Source of the DNA: Chrysomallon squamiferum
Taxonomy: Eukaryota > Animalia > Mollusca
Direction: 5' to 3'
DNA length: 64,000 nucleotides
Assembly: GCA_012295275.1 (NCBI GenBank)
Contig: CM022672.1
Span: forward strand, 27,404,001 to 27,468,000
Made by a program: the position numbers and the translations under genes. Position 1 is the stretch's first letter. Every line of letters starts with the position of its first letter. The notes below the pieces were generated by a model. The model was not told where the DNA came from, did not search any database, and was given only the letters and a program-made list of their open reading frames with translations. Below, in pieces: positions 26,001 through 39,163 of this stretch.

Positions 26001-29000
26001 TGATATGCTTTTCACAAAGGCACTAGATTCTGAAGATTAAGCATATAATCACAGCCAGCATAAGCCCATTGTCAGGCTGACTGTAGTTAATTGACACCTG
26101 AAGCTGTGAAAATACTGTTTTACGTTGATAGGTTTACACATGCAGAGTAATGAGAAATATTTTTATTTCAGCATAAAATCAATAAGTAATTACCATATTT
26201 AAAAATAAACAAACTGTGTAACAGTGAAAGTTAATGTCATTCAGAATGGAAAATAGTTTTTGTAATAATTACATTCATGACATTAATGCAGTCTCTACTG
26301 ACCTTATATATTAATAATAATCTTTAAAAACCAAATAAAATTAAATATATGTTCTATACTGTTTTAAATATATGTATACTGGAGAGAAAAAAAGTTAAAA
26401 TTTTAATCAGTAAGCTGTGTCAATAGTATTTTAAATTATTACTATAAAAAAATATGCACAAACACACACAGATAAATACTTTAAAGAACACTTTTGAGAA
26501 TATCACCATTAAATAATAAATCATTTATAAATATAAATGTATACCAAAAGATGTACGCAAATGTATGAAACTTGGAAGGCTGAAAACCTAAACAGTCTAA
26601 TGCCAATGAAATATTAAATTAGTTTGGATCATAAAGGAACAATAATTTATCAGTAATCTATCTCAGTCATATTTAACTGTTAGTATGTATGTGTGTGTGT
26701 ATGTTGGTGTGTGTGTCTTCTGTTTTTAAATGTATATTAATATTTGCAACATTGGTTATTTCATAAACTATGTTCTGTTGGTTAAACCATACTGACTATA
26801 AATTCTTTGCCTATGTGTATGTGTGAGATCTAAAATATTTTGTGTATGATATTATAAACTTATGCATTCATGTGTTTTCACATTTAGTCATTACTACTTC
26901 ACAAATTTCCTAATCCCTATTAACAAATGTTGCATAAGCATGATGGAGTGTGTAAACATGTCCAGAATTCCTTCCTGTTAGCTGCCCTCTGTGCACATTC
27001 TGATCTCACACCACTGCTTCTCACTTTCTACCCATCTCACAGATACTAAACTCATAATAAATATTTTCATTTAGCCTGTGTTTAAAAATCTGACTTGCTT
27101 TAGTATACAGATTAACATTAAACTTCTTTATATATATATCTGTGTATACTGTAGTAATTTACAAGATTTATACAGATGTTTTAAAAAAGTATTATTATGA
27201 AATTAATGCTTGGTTAGAGAAGTGATGTTTATTTTTATTTATTTATTTTATTTTATTTTATTTTATTATGCATGCAGTGAAATGAGAAAGTCCTTCCTGT
27301 TCAGTGATACCAAACTTATTGTAATTTTACTCTTTTTTTTTTAAAGTAATATATTTCAGGTCTTTAAATGTTACCAAATTGAGAACATGCAAATGATTTA
27401 TCTTTATTTAAACCATTTGTCTTTGAACTCAGATCTAATTAATCCTTAGATAATCATTCTCAGGTGAAACATTAACATATTCATTGCATTTGAAGTTTTT
27501 TTTCAAATGTTTGTGCCTAATATCCATTATTTTTTATAATGGTTTGTCTTCAGTTATTAAGAACTGAAATTTCAATCAGGTTTTTTTTTAAAAACTGTTT
27601 TGTAACCAAGTTAATATTCATCACGTAACACGAAGGACGGTCTCTGCTGGTGATGGTCTTGTAACACAGTAGTTGTTTCTGGTTTAGGGCGAGTGTGACT
27701 CTGACTCTGAGGTGGAGGACACTGAATACACCAGGTGTGCTGCTTACCTGGCTCACTGCTGGGACTATGAGGTGCTTTATGATAGGTAATGTACTTACAC
27801 GAAAGCTCACAGCAATATTCCTAAATCAGCACATGGTATTTAAATTTAGGTCTTGTATTTCTTTTTTCAAATTTATAGATACTGTACATATATTTAGTAG
27901 AAGCCTCATTATTAAGCATATTAATTAAAATGAGTTAATAAATACTGTATGGGATATATATGTGTCATCTATTATTGATCACCATCAGTGTTATGTACAT
28001 GATTGATGTTAACTTAGGACTTCACCATTGCTTTAAAGATTGCCAATCCTGTAATATATTATTTTTCCTGTTATTTCTTGTTCCAAACATAAATAACTTT
28101 ATATTTCATGCAATTTTTGAACACAGTGGGTCCTCTGTATGTGTCATCAGTGTGTACCATGAAAACACAAATAAGAAAATGAAATGTAAAAAGGAATTAA
28201 TTCCAGACACGTTGCTCAGTTTCCATTTTTACTGCACATTACTACATCTTCCTTAATGCTGCTGTTACTTCACTTTCTACTTACACTAGCCAACTTACTA
28301 CTTTCACCAGACTTAGCCAACATTGTTAAATCAAGATAAAGTTGAGCAAAGATCGCAAAACTCAGATAATATCTAAAGACAAATGTATATCAAATGCTCA
28401 CAGTGCATTTTGTTTTTCATTCATTATTTTTATAACTTTAATATCAAGTTTGTAACAGCTTATTTTATTTTATTATTTTGTTTCCTAAAACTTTTTATTT
28501 CATTGAAAAGATCAACAACCCACAGGTTTTTTTTTTTATTGCATTCTAGATCATTTAAAAGAAGTCATTTAACAGTTTTATATTTAAGTGATATTTGAGA
28601 CAGTTAGTCTTACTTGGCTTTTCTATTTCATGCCGAATGCAATATATATATATATATATATCAAAGACTATATGCCTTCCTGTCTCTAGAAAAGTAAACA
28701 AATAACACTACTTGTAATCATTAAGACAAGCCTTTCTGCTTCTAAATATTGCCACAACAAAATTACCCTGTACTTGTAATAAAAATTCCATTAAGTATTG
28801 TTTAGTGTTCAGTTACTCTTTGATTGCAGAGTGTGTCAGGAAAATGCCTATTTGATGTCTTGTCTTGAAGCCCGGTCAGAGGAACTCAGAAGAGCCAACT
28901 GTCATAAGATGGGTATGTAGTTTTTTTGTTGTCTGTTGTTTTTGAAATCTTTTATCTTTGTTATGAAAACACCTTTACCAGTTATTTTAGATTTCTGAGT

Positions 29001-32000
29001 CTGTCATGAAACAAGTTTGTCACAAAATGGATAAAAGTTATTTCTTCTAAAAACAAATCATCACTGCAAAGAAGATCTATCTGATTTAGTTACTTATCTT
29101 TAGATTTATAAAAAATAAAATGAACAGATTGAAAAAATATATATATTTTGACTTCCCAGCTGATTTTTATAGTTTTCATGTATTTGTATACACATCTATT
29201 TGTTGCAAGTATTACTATTGAATCATTTTTAAGAATATGTCTGAAGAGATTGTTTTTTAGTTCAGTGTTTGTTTTCAGCACTGATTCGTGAAAGAGATGA
29301 GTTGCTGGCGTTGCTAGACGTACGAGACAAGATGAAGTACGAGAAGTCAAAGAGTCAGTCCTCGGAAGATGATTATGGAACATACTCATGTGCAGAGGTT
29401 TGTCGTCTTACTTTGGTACAGCTTTGAATAATTAAATGAACACTGTTACTCAGTCTTAACAAACATACTAAGCTGAATTGGCTTAATCTTCCAAAACAAC
29501 ACTGTATTTACTTTGTGTCCACATTTTGTGTAAAAAAAAAAAAATATATTATTTATTTATTTTCTATTTATTATACTGGCTTAATTATATTATAATTTTG
29601 TTTTTATTTATCATATTGGCTTAATTATAATTTTTTTTTTATTTCTGATGTCATGTCATTTGTATGTTAGATAAACATAAAATTATTCTAAAAAAAAAAA
29701 AAATCTTAGATCTGGCATGTTTGTTTTTTTGTTATACTTTATTATCAACAAACATGGTGTCTAGTAATAAATGCAATAATAAATTGAAAATATTCAAATA
29801 TATCAGTATAAACACTATTTAATTATATACACTTCAAATGACAACATTTTTGATAATTAAAAGGAAAGTAAATATCTTTGTCGTACATTAAACTGTCAAA
29901 TAGGCTAGTAAATTCCAGTTTTGAGCTATTTTTCAATGGTTTATCTTACAATTTAATTTTTTCTTTTTATTATTATTTCTTTCTCATTGTATAACAATCC
30001 TTTATAATATTTTATCTTTTTGTCTGTGTTTTCGCAGTGGAAAAAATAATCTTTTCCACAGAAATACAAACCAAAACAGAAATGACTTGTGGGAGAAATG
30101 TGTATTTTACAGTAGGTTAATATATACTTTTTTGAAATTTGTAGCTGGCTGTGTTAGGAGCGTGCCAGTGTCGGATGTCAAATCCTGAACCCTGTCGATG
30201 TGCACATGCTGCTGCAAACTTGAGAAAGGAGGTTGCTAGGCAACGAGATGAGGTATGTTATCGGTTGCATAACTGAACCAAAGTATCTTACATGGGTTTG
30301 ACATTGTCATTTAACTTAATTATTCTGTTACTTTATTAAAATACATTTTCAAAAATGATCATATTTGATGAAATATAAAATATTTAATCTAAGGATGTTG
30401 CTAGGCAACGGGATGTTACATCTTATGGGTTCCATAATTGAACCAAGGTATCTGTCACAAATTTGCCAATTATTAGTCTCAGTTACTTTATTAAAGAATA
30501 TTTTCAAAAGAGATCAAATACTGAATGCTTAATCTGAAATAATCAGTAGTAAAATATAAATTTTAAGTCAGAGAATCTGAGGTTGATACAGAAGTGATTG
30601 TTTTGTATTTGAGATTGAACTGTACAAACACCGACGTGATGAGGCCTACATGACTGTGGATGCCTACAGAAAGGCGTTTGAAGAACAACTCCAAAAGAGC
30701 AAAACTTTGACCCTCAAGTTTGCCGAGCTTGCCGTTCCAGGCTCTTCGAAAGCTGTGAAAGCAAAGGCAGCCATTAAGTGGCTTATCAGTGTTCTTAATG
30801 ATGGTAGGTTTCATTCACCATTCATCGTATTACAAAGTTAAAACAAAAAAGAGAGAATCCATATTTTGTTTCATAAAGGTAAAATTATTAAGTGACATAT
30901 CATTTGTAAGTAAAAAGTACAGAACTAGAGGTATATATTTAAATGACTGGTAAAGATAATTAAATTTAATGTTTATTAATATTATTATTACTTAAACTGC
31001 TACTGTTTATTTGTATTGGTAATAACTATTTCATTTGTGTTTTTTTTGTTTTTTTCAGATGATTTAAATGATCCTGTGAATCAGAAAGTTAATGAGAAAA
31101 CCACTCTGAATGGTCCGTTTCCAAAAGAACTGAACGTTAAGTCAAGCAACGGACCAATGAGTCCACAAGATCTGGTCACACTATTAACCGAAATGGTAAA
31201 AATGTGTTTTGGTAAAATGACCAATCTTTTTAAATAATTAAAAAAATGAATGGATGAGTTATCTTTCTTTCTTTTTTAATGGTAAAAATGTGTTTTGGTA
31301 AAATGACCAATCTTTAAATAATTTTAAAAATGAATGGATGAGTTATCTTTCTTTCTTTAGTTAATGGTAAAAATGTGTTTTGGTAAAATGACATATCTTT
31401 TTAAATAATTTAAAAAATGAATGGATGAGTTATCTTTCTTTCTTTTTTTTCTCAACCTTCTTTCTTTTTCTTTTTCTTTCTTTCTCAATTTCTTTTTTGA
31501 CTGTTTACTCTTATAGGTCAGAAATAGGATGTTTGTTTAATATTGGTATGTGAAATACAGAGCCTATTGCTGTCATAGCATCTTTAATACTACTTAACAG
31601 AAAATCATATAACACAATTATTATCTTGTTACAGTAAAACCAGATATTTGTTATAGAATAATGCGTATCTAGTGTAAAAATTTAAAAATAAATATAAATA
31701 AGTAAAGAAGTGTTTAGTAAGTAAATCAATCAATCAATAAAACCACATATAAGCAATAAATATTGTGTCCTTTTGATAGATCCATCCAGTAAAGCTCAAA
31801 TCTTTGTTCAGATTGAGTAATAGTGTTCATTTAACTACTCAAAGCTGTTTATATATTTGCCAGAATGAGAACACAGACTGTTATGAGTTACAAACCTCTG
31901 TACAGGTTTGTTCCATAATCTTCTTCAAATGACTTTTATGCCTCTCATATTTCATCTTTTGTGTTAATATAACCACATTTATAATAATGTACACACTTTG

Positions 32001-32285
32001 GTTTCTCAGTTTATGGTAATGAATTGCAGTTGTAATAACACAGAAAAATAATATCAGTATTTGTGACATAACTAAGTAAATAAGATTCGGTAAGAATGTG
32101 TTTCTTAATAATTCATTATTAACACTGATAATATTTACATTTCTGTGTGTAATTTGTTCCTTTTTCAGCTTCATGAAAAGTCGGAAGCCCTTGCCCACCA
32201 GAAGTTGGCAGCGCAGGTTCTGGCCAGTAAACTCCATGCTGCTGAAACTAAACTTGCAGCCAAAGGTGATGAAGTTTTCACTTAA
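20653..32285 (+). CDS. CCDC125: Coiled-coil domain-containing protein 125 homolog (11 exons, ~517 aa)
   Basis: Exons 20653-21142, 22200-22264, 22697-22783, 23032-23103, 24784-24869, 28830-28912, 29279-29397, 30145-30252, 30614-30803, 31059-31195, 32169-32285 (TAA), with consistent phases. Motifs recognised from CCDC125: GDLGLGEGLKPGG, ELAVLGACQC..PCRCA, EAYMTVDAYRKAFEEQL, SPQDLVTLLTEMLHEKSEALAHQK. Confidence 0.88.
21382..21443. repeat. (CA)n microsatellite
   Basis: Perfect CA run in CCDC125 intron 1. Confidence 0.97.
30232..30540. repeat. Diverged ~165-bp tandem duplication of the CCDC125 exon 8 end and intron start
   Basis: GTTGCTAGGCAACG..GATG...CATAA(C/T)TGAACCAA(A/G)GTATCT...GTTACTTTATTAAA...TTTTCAAAA...TTAATCT occurs at 30232 and again at 30397. 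Confidence 0.8.
31192..31446. repeat. ~86-bp tandem triplication spanning the CCDC125 exon 10 donor
   Basis: AATGGTAAAAATGTGTTTTGGTAAAATGAC...AATGAATGGATGAGTTATCTTTCTTTC starts at 31192, 31278 and 31363. Confidence 0.9.
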
Positions 32286-32479
32286 ACAACTCAATCTCAT
32301 ACACTAGTTTTCACGATGGAAGATTTGTCTTCTATGCAGGATTTTCAAAGTCATTTACCCTTGTTGTTGTTGTGGGTTTTTTCCCTTGGGGGGGGATTAT
32401 TGATATTTTTCCCATTGGGTTTTACTTTTATATTTTTATTGATATTTTATTTTTATTTTTTTTAAGCATTATTTTGTTT

Positions 32480-32600
32480 CTTTTGAAAATCTTTCATTTG
32501 TTGTCAGTCTTTATTTTATTTTTTTTACTTTTTTTTTTACTTTTGAAAATCTTTCATTTGTTGTCAGTCTTTATTTTATTTTTTTTACTTTTTTTTTTTA
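32480..32600. repeat. 60-bp direct duplication downstream of the CCDC125 stop
   Basis: CTTTTGAAAATCTTTCATTTGTTGTCAGTCTTTATTTTATTTTTTTTACTTTTTTTTT occurs twice in tandem (32480, 32540). Confidence 0.9.
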
Positions 32601-33016
32601 CTTATTATTAATATTATTATTTAGTTGTTATTTTATTAGAAATAGTTAAATTATTGGGAATGTTTTTACTTTCTTACCTTTTTTTTCTTTTGTTTTTTTT
32701 ATCTTTTTGGGATTCACTTACGGCATTTCGAATATTGCCATCTTCACTGTTACTTAGTTCACAAAGTGAATTTGATACTGGTGATTATGATTATTCATAC
32801 TGTTAATTTATTTTTCAGTGTTATTTTAATCTTTTATGTTTATATTGTTTCTTTATCGCACTTTCTCTTTGTAATTCTCACTACTTTGAGAATATTGTTA
32901 GCATAAGCAAACAAATAAAAATATTAAAAAGATTTAAAATATTTGTAAAAAAAAATAAAAAATGAGGATAAAATCTGCAATATATATATATATATATAAT
33001 TATTTCATAAACAGTT

Positions 33017-33053
<37 letters not shown>

Positions 33054-34048
33054 TGTTTATAAAATAATTTAAACTACATTGCACTTCAATTTAGTTTCTG
33101 TCTCCATAAACAATTGGTTCTTTTTAAATGTTTTTGTTATACCCTGTTTTTGAAATTTAGATTTTGTACAATTTTTTTATAATATAATAAAAACAAATGT
33201 GCTGAAAAGTCCAGAAATAAATTGTATTTGTTAAAAATTTAACTGTTTTGCTTTTGGTAAATGTAGAAAATTAAAAGTACTATTAATGGAAACTGGTTGT
33301 TATGGAAAAGCAAAATGTATTAACTGTTGTTAATGATAAATTCATTCTTAAAATTAGTTTAACTTTTTCAGGGTTTAAAACAAGTTAAACTCTTTGTCTT
33401 TAGGGGATTAAATTAATTTTCTCTTGCTGTCATCAGATGTCATAAACTTTCAAGGTTTTGTTAAACTAAGATTTTTTTTTTTTCAACATAGACTAAACTT
33501 AAATGATTAAATTATTTTACTTTTTTTTTTTTTTTTTAATTAATAAATGGTGAATAAAAAGAGCCAAATTAAAACACTGAAAATCTAGTAAAATAAATTT
33601 TTAATAAATTAATTGTTCAGAAAAGAATGCTTGCATATCAACTTACAGTCCACATGGTTGTTGTCAATACCGTAAACACTTTTTATTTATTTTTATTTTT
33701 ATTTTTTCTGTGATTTATTTATTTACTTATTTTTTATTGAAAACTATTTATACTCATTAACATAATCCATATAGAAGTTAAGAATTGAGAAACGAAGTAT
33801 TTTTATATGTATTTACTTTTTGTAACATCCATTAATCAGTATTTGTGTCATTGTGCCTTTAAGTATACATATGTCATGTATGTCCTAGTAGGGAACCTGA
33901 AACCACCTGATCATTTAAACATACTGGAATATTTGATACATCTGAACATTATGATTAAATGTAAAAAAGTTAGAAGCAGATGGATAACATATTAAAAATT
34001 TTGATGTGTTTTGTTTTTAGAAAAGAAGGTAACTTTAAAGTTATTGTT

Positions 34049-34104
<56 letters not shown>

Positions 34105-34140
34105 TTATTATTATTATTATTATTATTATCATCATCATTA
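34049..34140. repeat. Compound (TAC)n(TAT)n(CAT)n microsatellite
   Basis: Direct reading of the sequence. Confidence 0.95.
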
Positions 34141-37100
34141 TTTTCGAGGTGCTAGTCTAAGCATTTATGTATTATAAAAATTTATTTATTTATGAAAATC
34201 AACATTTTTTTTTTTCTTCTTATGTAAAAATCACTGTTTTCTCTCTTAATATAATCTGATCATAGTTATATAAATAATTTCCATAGGAATTAAAGAGGAA
34301 TAATTACAGTTCTAGTATTTGTATAATCTTAGTGCATGTTTTTAATAATTTTGATTACTTCACTTTCATTTTTATTAATCATTATGTGTATTCTATTTTC
34401 ATGTCTCTTTGATATAGAACAAAATATTGTTTATTTGTACCTCTGGTTTTGGGGGTTGGGGATTATTTCATAAATTTGGTATAGCTCCTTCTGCATATAG
34501 TAAATGAAACAAAATTTGCAGTGTGCCTCACTTCATGTAATTAATGTCTCAGAGAAACATTATAATTAAAAATTAATGTGCCCTGTTTAATATATAAAAC
34601 AACCAAATAATGGAATTCTTACTATCACTTATATGTTTTAAATTCGCACAAGGTCACAGAAATAAAAAGAATTTTGTTTTTGTTAAGTGGGATAATTATG
34701 TTTAATTTCCCAAACTTTTTGTATTAGCAATTTTTATTTTGTTGTTTATTTTTTGTAAGAGGTGTTACAATATTAAATACCTACACGTTGTTTAGATTGT
34801 ATAGTCTACATACAGTGGGAAATTTGTTCAGATTTGTATGCATATTTTTATTTAAATTTTTTATTTCATTAATATCCTTATTTTATATTTGTTTGTATTA
34901 CAGAACAACTAAGCATTTTTAGTAAATATTTTTCTTTAATTTTAAATTACTAATAATTCAAAGATTTCAACAAAAAAAAATTATTTATTTAACAGAACCA
35001 AAAATGGAATTATTTCTGAGAGGAATATTTATTATCAAGTAACTGTTTATAAAATGTTTTGGCCCTTTTTTTTTTTATTAAGAAGCAGTTGAGCTGTAGT
35101 AACTGTTTCTATTGTTACAATTAGAAAGTTTATGTTTTACCTTGTTTTTATTAAAACAGCTCAGACAATGTTTAATTTTTTTTTTAATTTAGTTATTTGT
35201 TGTTGTTTTGTTTGTCAGAAAGGTATGTGTCTGTAACTTTAACCAAATATTTTTAATATTATTTATTTAATAATAATAATAATGATAATAAAGTATTTAT
35301 GACTAAATCATATTGGACATATCATTACCCTAATTAATAACCTATAATATATTGAATTGTAATATAAAGGAGATTAACTGCATTAAAATGTGTATATATA
35401 TATATATATATATTTTTTTTTTAGAAAAACCAATTTAAAAATTAAAACATATCTATATATGTGCCAAGCTTTTGAAAAAATAATCCAATATATAATTTTT
35501 ACATTTGATCATGGATCTTAATGAAATCCAGAATGGTATTTGTTCTCTAATCTGTTAATCTTTACACTAATTACAGTTTAATGATGCTAGCTGTTTATGT
35601 TTACACCTGTGAAAATCTAACACAGTTCTGTCAGTATTACTTGTTGAAGAAATAATTTTGTTATAGCTTATTTCATATTATATTTGTTGCCTATTTTTTA
35701 AAAATGTAAATTAAAAATATAAATATATTAAGCAAAATGAGTGCAATTTTACAAGATACAGACATTACAAAATATTCTTTGACTAAGGCAACATATTAAA
35801 TGCCTGTCTTCCATGTTTATTTTTGATAACATAATGTCAGAATTTTGTTGTTTTCAGTCCCGAACAATATTTCATTTAGTGGTGTAATATCATCAGTCAT
35901 CAAAATAATTATTTTATTGCTATTTCAGTAATTCAGTCATGAATATACAAGTGCCTTACTTTGCTAATGGAATTTACTATCTCTGCTTAATATTATTTTA
36001 TTAAGAATATGTTTACTGTTAAATATTTATTTCCCTTTGCATTTACCTACTGTAATGAACACAGCTCTGTTTTAGAGGAACGTTTTGTTAACTAATCAAC
36101 CTTAGAATCCGGTTTTTTATTTATTTCTTGTTATCATAGTCTTCCCTCTTAGATATCTTTGAAAATTCATTTATTCTGTTAGAGTTTCAAAATGAAAGTG
36201 AGATTTCAACATAAGTTTGAAATATTTTCATACCATTAATGAAAAGTTTATAGTTTTTGTATTCTATATCAGTATTATTACATGTGCAAAGTAAAAATTA
36301 ACATTTAACAATGATTTCAAAATATTAAGTTGCATGACTCAAATATAAATATCTGTAACAGTGTTATTCTGTAAATGGTTTTGTTATTGTTATAAATGTA
36401 ATCTGCATTTTTTGTTATAACTGGAATGTTTGAATTTAAAGAATTAGAAACAGGACCACTTTTTTGTGTCTCCTCTAAAACCACAAAGTATCGAAGCAGA
36501 CTGTACAACCTTACTGTAAAGATTTTCATTCTTTTTTTTCCTGTTCATATCTACTTAATTGTTTTTATTTTAATGTTGTTGAAAAGGCCATACATGCGCC
36601 TGTTGTTTTTCTTTTGTTCTTCTGTTTAGATAGAAACAATTAATTAGAAAATAGGTGGCATTTTACATAAGCAAATATATAAATATTCTTGATGGAACAC
36701 AGTTTATTGTATTTTATTATTTTTGGGATGGTTTAAGAGAATAAAATTTATTTTAAAATATTCGTTTTTAATTGTTTTGTTTAATAATTCATCCTTTGAT
36801 TCTTGTGTACAAGTGAGAGTGAGAGAAAGCGATGCTTGATTATTCATTCTCGATGCCTTTATTTTACACATAAGGAAGGTAATTCTTTTAAAATGTTTTA
36901 AAGGTTGCTTCCCTTCATTTAGTAACGATATTTGGAAAAAAAGATATTAAACGGCATTTTTAAAGTGTTTTGTCTTAATATTAAAGAAAAAGATTGGTTC
37001 ATAATGATTAAAAAACGTTAATCAATATTAAAATTAATGATAATAATAATACAAATTTATATTATTATTATTATTAATTATAATATTAATTAACACATTA

Positions 37101-37705
37101 CTCAGTATAAGCTGGTTCACAAGTTTGGTTTTATGCCAACAGTTACGGCTTTGTGGAAGTGAGGTTTGCTGTTAATATTTTGCGATTTAGATACATAAAT
37201 ATACACACATAAAACATAAATCTCAGTGTAGGTAATTTATTACAAACTTTATAATAAGTAAAAAGTTATTTTAAAACAAGTTACAACACGAAGGTCCAAA
37301 ATCTTCGTACATTTATAAATTACGCATTATTACCTATTCATTACAACTTGATACATAATATAACTTACTTAACGAAGATAAATCCCACATAACGTTATTT
37401 AATACATCATGATATTACAATGCTAAAAGAATTGATGGATTAAACGTAAATTGTAACAAGCTATTCTGTAAAAAGCTAACAACAGTCAGGTATAGTAATA
37501 TGGCAGAAACCGGGATCGTCTGCTCTAGACGGGTAAGACTGAGTATATATGAAAAATGAAACAGTCTTTCAGACACGCGACTGGTTCTAGCGGAAAAGCC
37601 GATACCGGGATAGGCCCCAATTCCTGCAAGTGTTAATGTACAACTCTAGTTAGAATTATAAATAAAAACTCTCAAAGTAAACCAAAAAATGTAACATTAG
37701 ATTAT

Positions 37706-37790
37706 CTGGGGCGGACCCAGCTTTTCTGAAACGGGGTGGTCCATGACAAAAAGGACACCATAACATTATGAAAAGACACTGAAAAATTAC
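37706..37790. mobile_element. Possible terminal fragment of a non-autonomous DNA transposon/MITE
   Basis: GC-rich CTGGGGCGGACCCAGCTTTTCTGAAACGGGGTGG resembles the GGGGCGGATCCAG-type termini of invertebrate interspersed repeats. No partner inverted terminus was seen. Confidence 0.25.
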
Positions 37791-39131
37791 ACACGTTTCA
37801 CATGGGTCAAAATATAATAGTGTTACAATTAATCAGAAATACAATTTGTTTATAAAATGATATTTTAGAATATTGCGTATAGTATTAAAAATATAGATGC
37901 AATAAACTCCAACGATTACTGTCAATAAATTATATTATTTTTTTATTGTTGTGGTTGTTGTTTAATGTTAATTAATCGCTGTCTCTTAATAAATCAATCA
38001 ATCAATTAGTCAGTTATGAACCTATCAATTAATCAATTAAAAAGAAAACAAATCAAGAAATTTAGAACTGAAACTACAACAAGAGAAAGATTAATATTTA
38101 TAGAAATGCGTAAAAGCTTTAGATGAATTCCATTTTATATAACTCCCTTGCCATTGAACGTGAAAGTAGTTTAGCTTAGAAACACAGAAACCGTCACAAT
38201 GTAATTTCACATCATGAACTGTTTAGCAACTGAAGTAAACACAACTGAAAAACATAGATTAAAAATTATGGATACTATGTCTCTCAAATAACTGATCGCG
38301 CATATTGCACACTTTATTAAAAATGTAATTGTATATATTGATGTATCACAATAAGATATATTCTACTTTGTGAGTTTACAGTTTCTGCCAGTAACAATTG
38401 TACAAACTGTGTAAATAATGCAATAATTAAAAAGAGATTTTAAAATTTAAACAACCATAATAATTTTTAGACATCTTATTACTTCAGTTGGTCTATGTGA
38501 ACGTTTCATCTTTTTTTCGTTTTTCTTTTCTTTTTTTCTTTTTCTTTTTTTTTTAGATTGTAAATAATAAAACGAATTCTGATCACAAATGTTTTAAAAT
38601 CGCATTTCGTCAGCGTCATCGTTCCCCGGTCATACATGTTCACCCAGTACGTGAAATCTAATGTTTCCAGTTCGTATCTAGAAGTTATTGCCTCTAACAT
38701 GGTCTTTGTTGAATACCACTCTGCGAACTTAATAAACCAGGACGCGATAAGTAAATCAGTTTTAAAAGGGTGCTTCATTTGATGACATTAATAATGACCG
38801 TTACATTCATGTCGTTACATTCAAAAATACGTTCCAGCTGCAAAAATATGTCCATCAGTGTTGTTAGATGTTACAAAAATAAGTCTTTGATAGGAAATAA
38901 TATAGTTTATTTAATGTTTACGTTTATCTGACACCCACCAGAATCTGAGGAGGTTTACGAAAGAATGCTATAACGGTACGTTAGTAAAACTACTAAAACA
39001 TTTTCTCTTTAATAAAGTAGCATAATGATAAGGTTTTTTGGAGGGGTGGCGTTTCAATAATTTTTTACCGATATAAGTATATATATAAAATAAAAAAACT
39101 TTATTTTATTTTTATTTCATATTATTATTAA

Positions 39132-39163
<32 letters not shown>

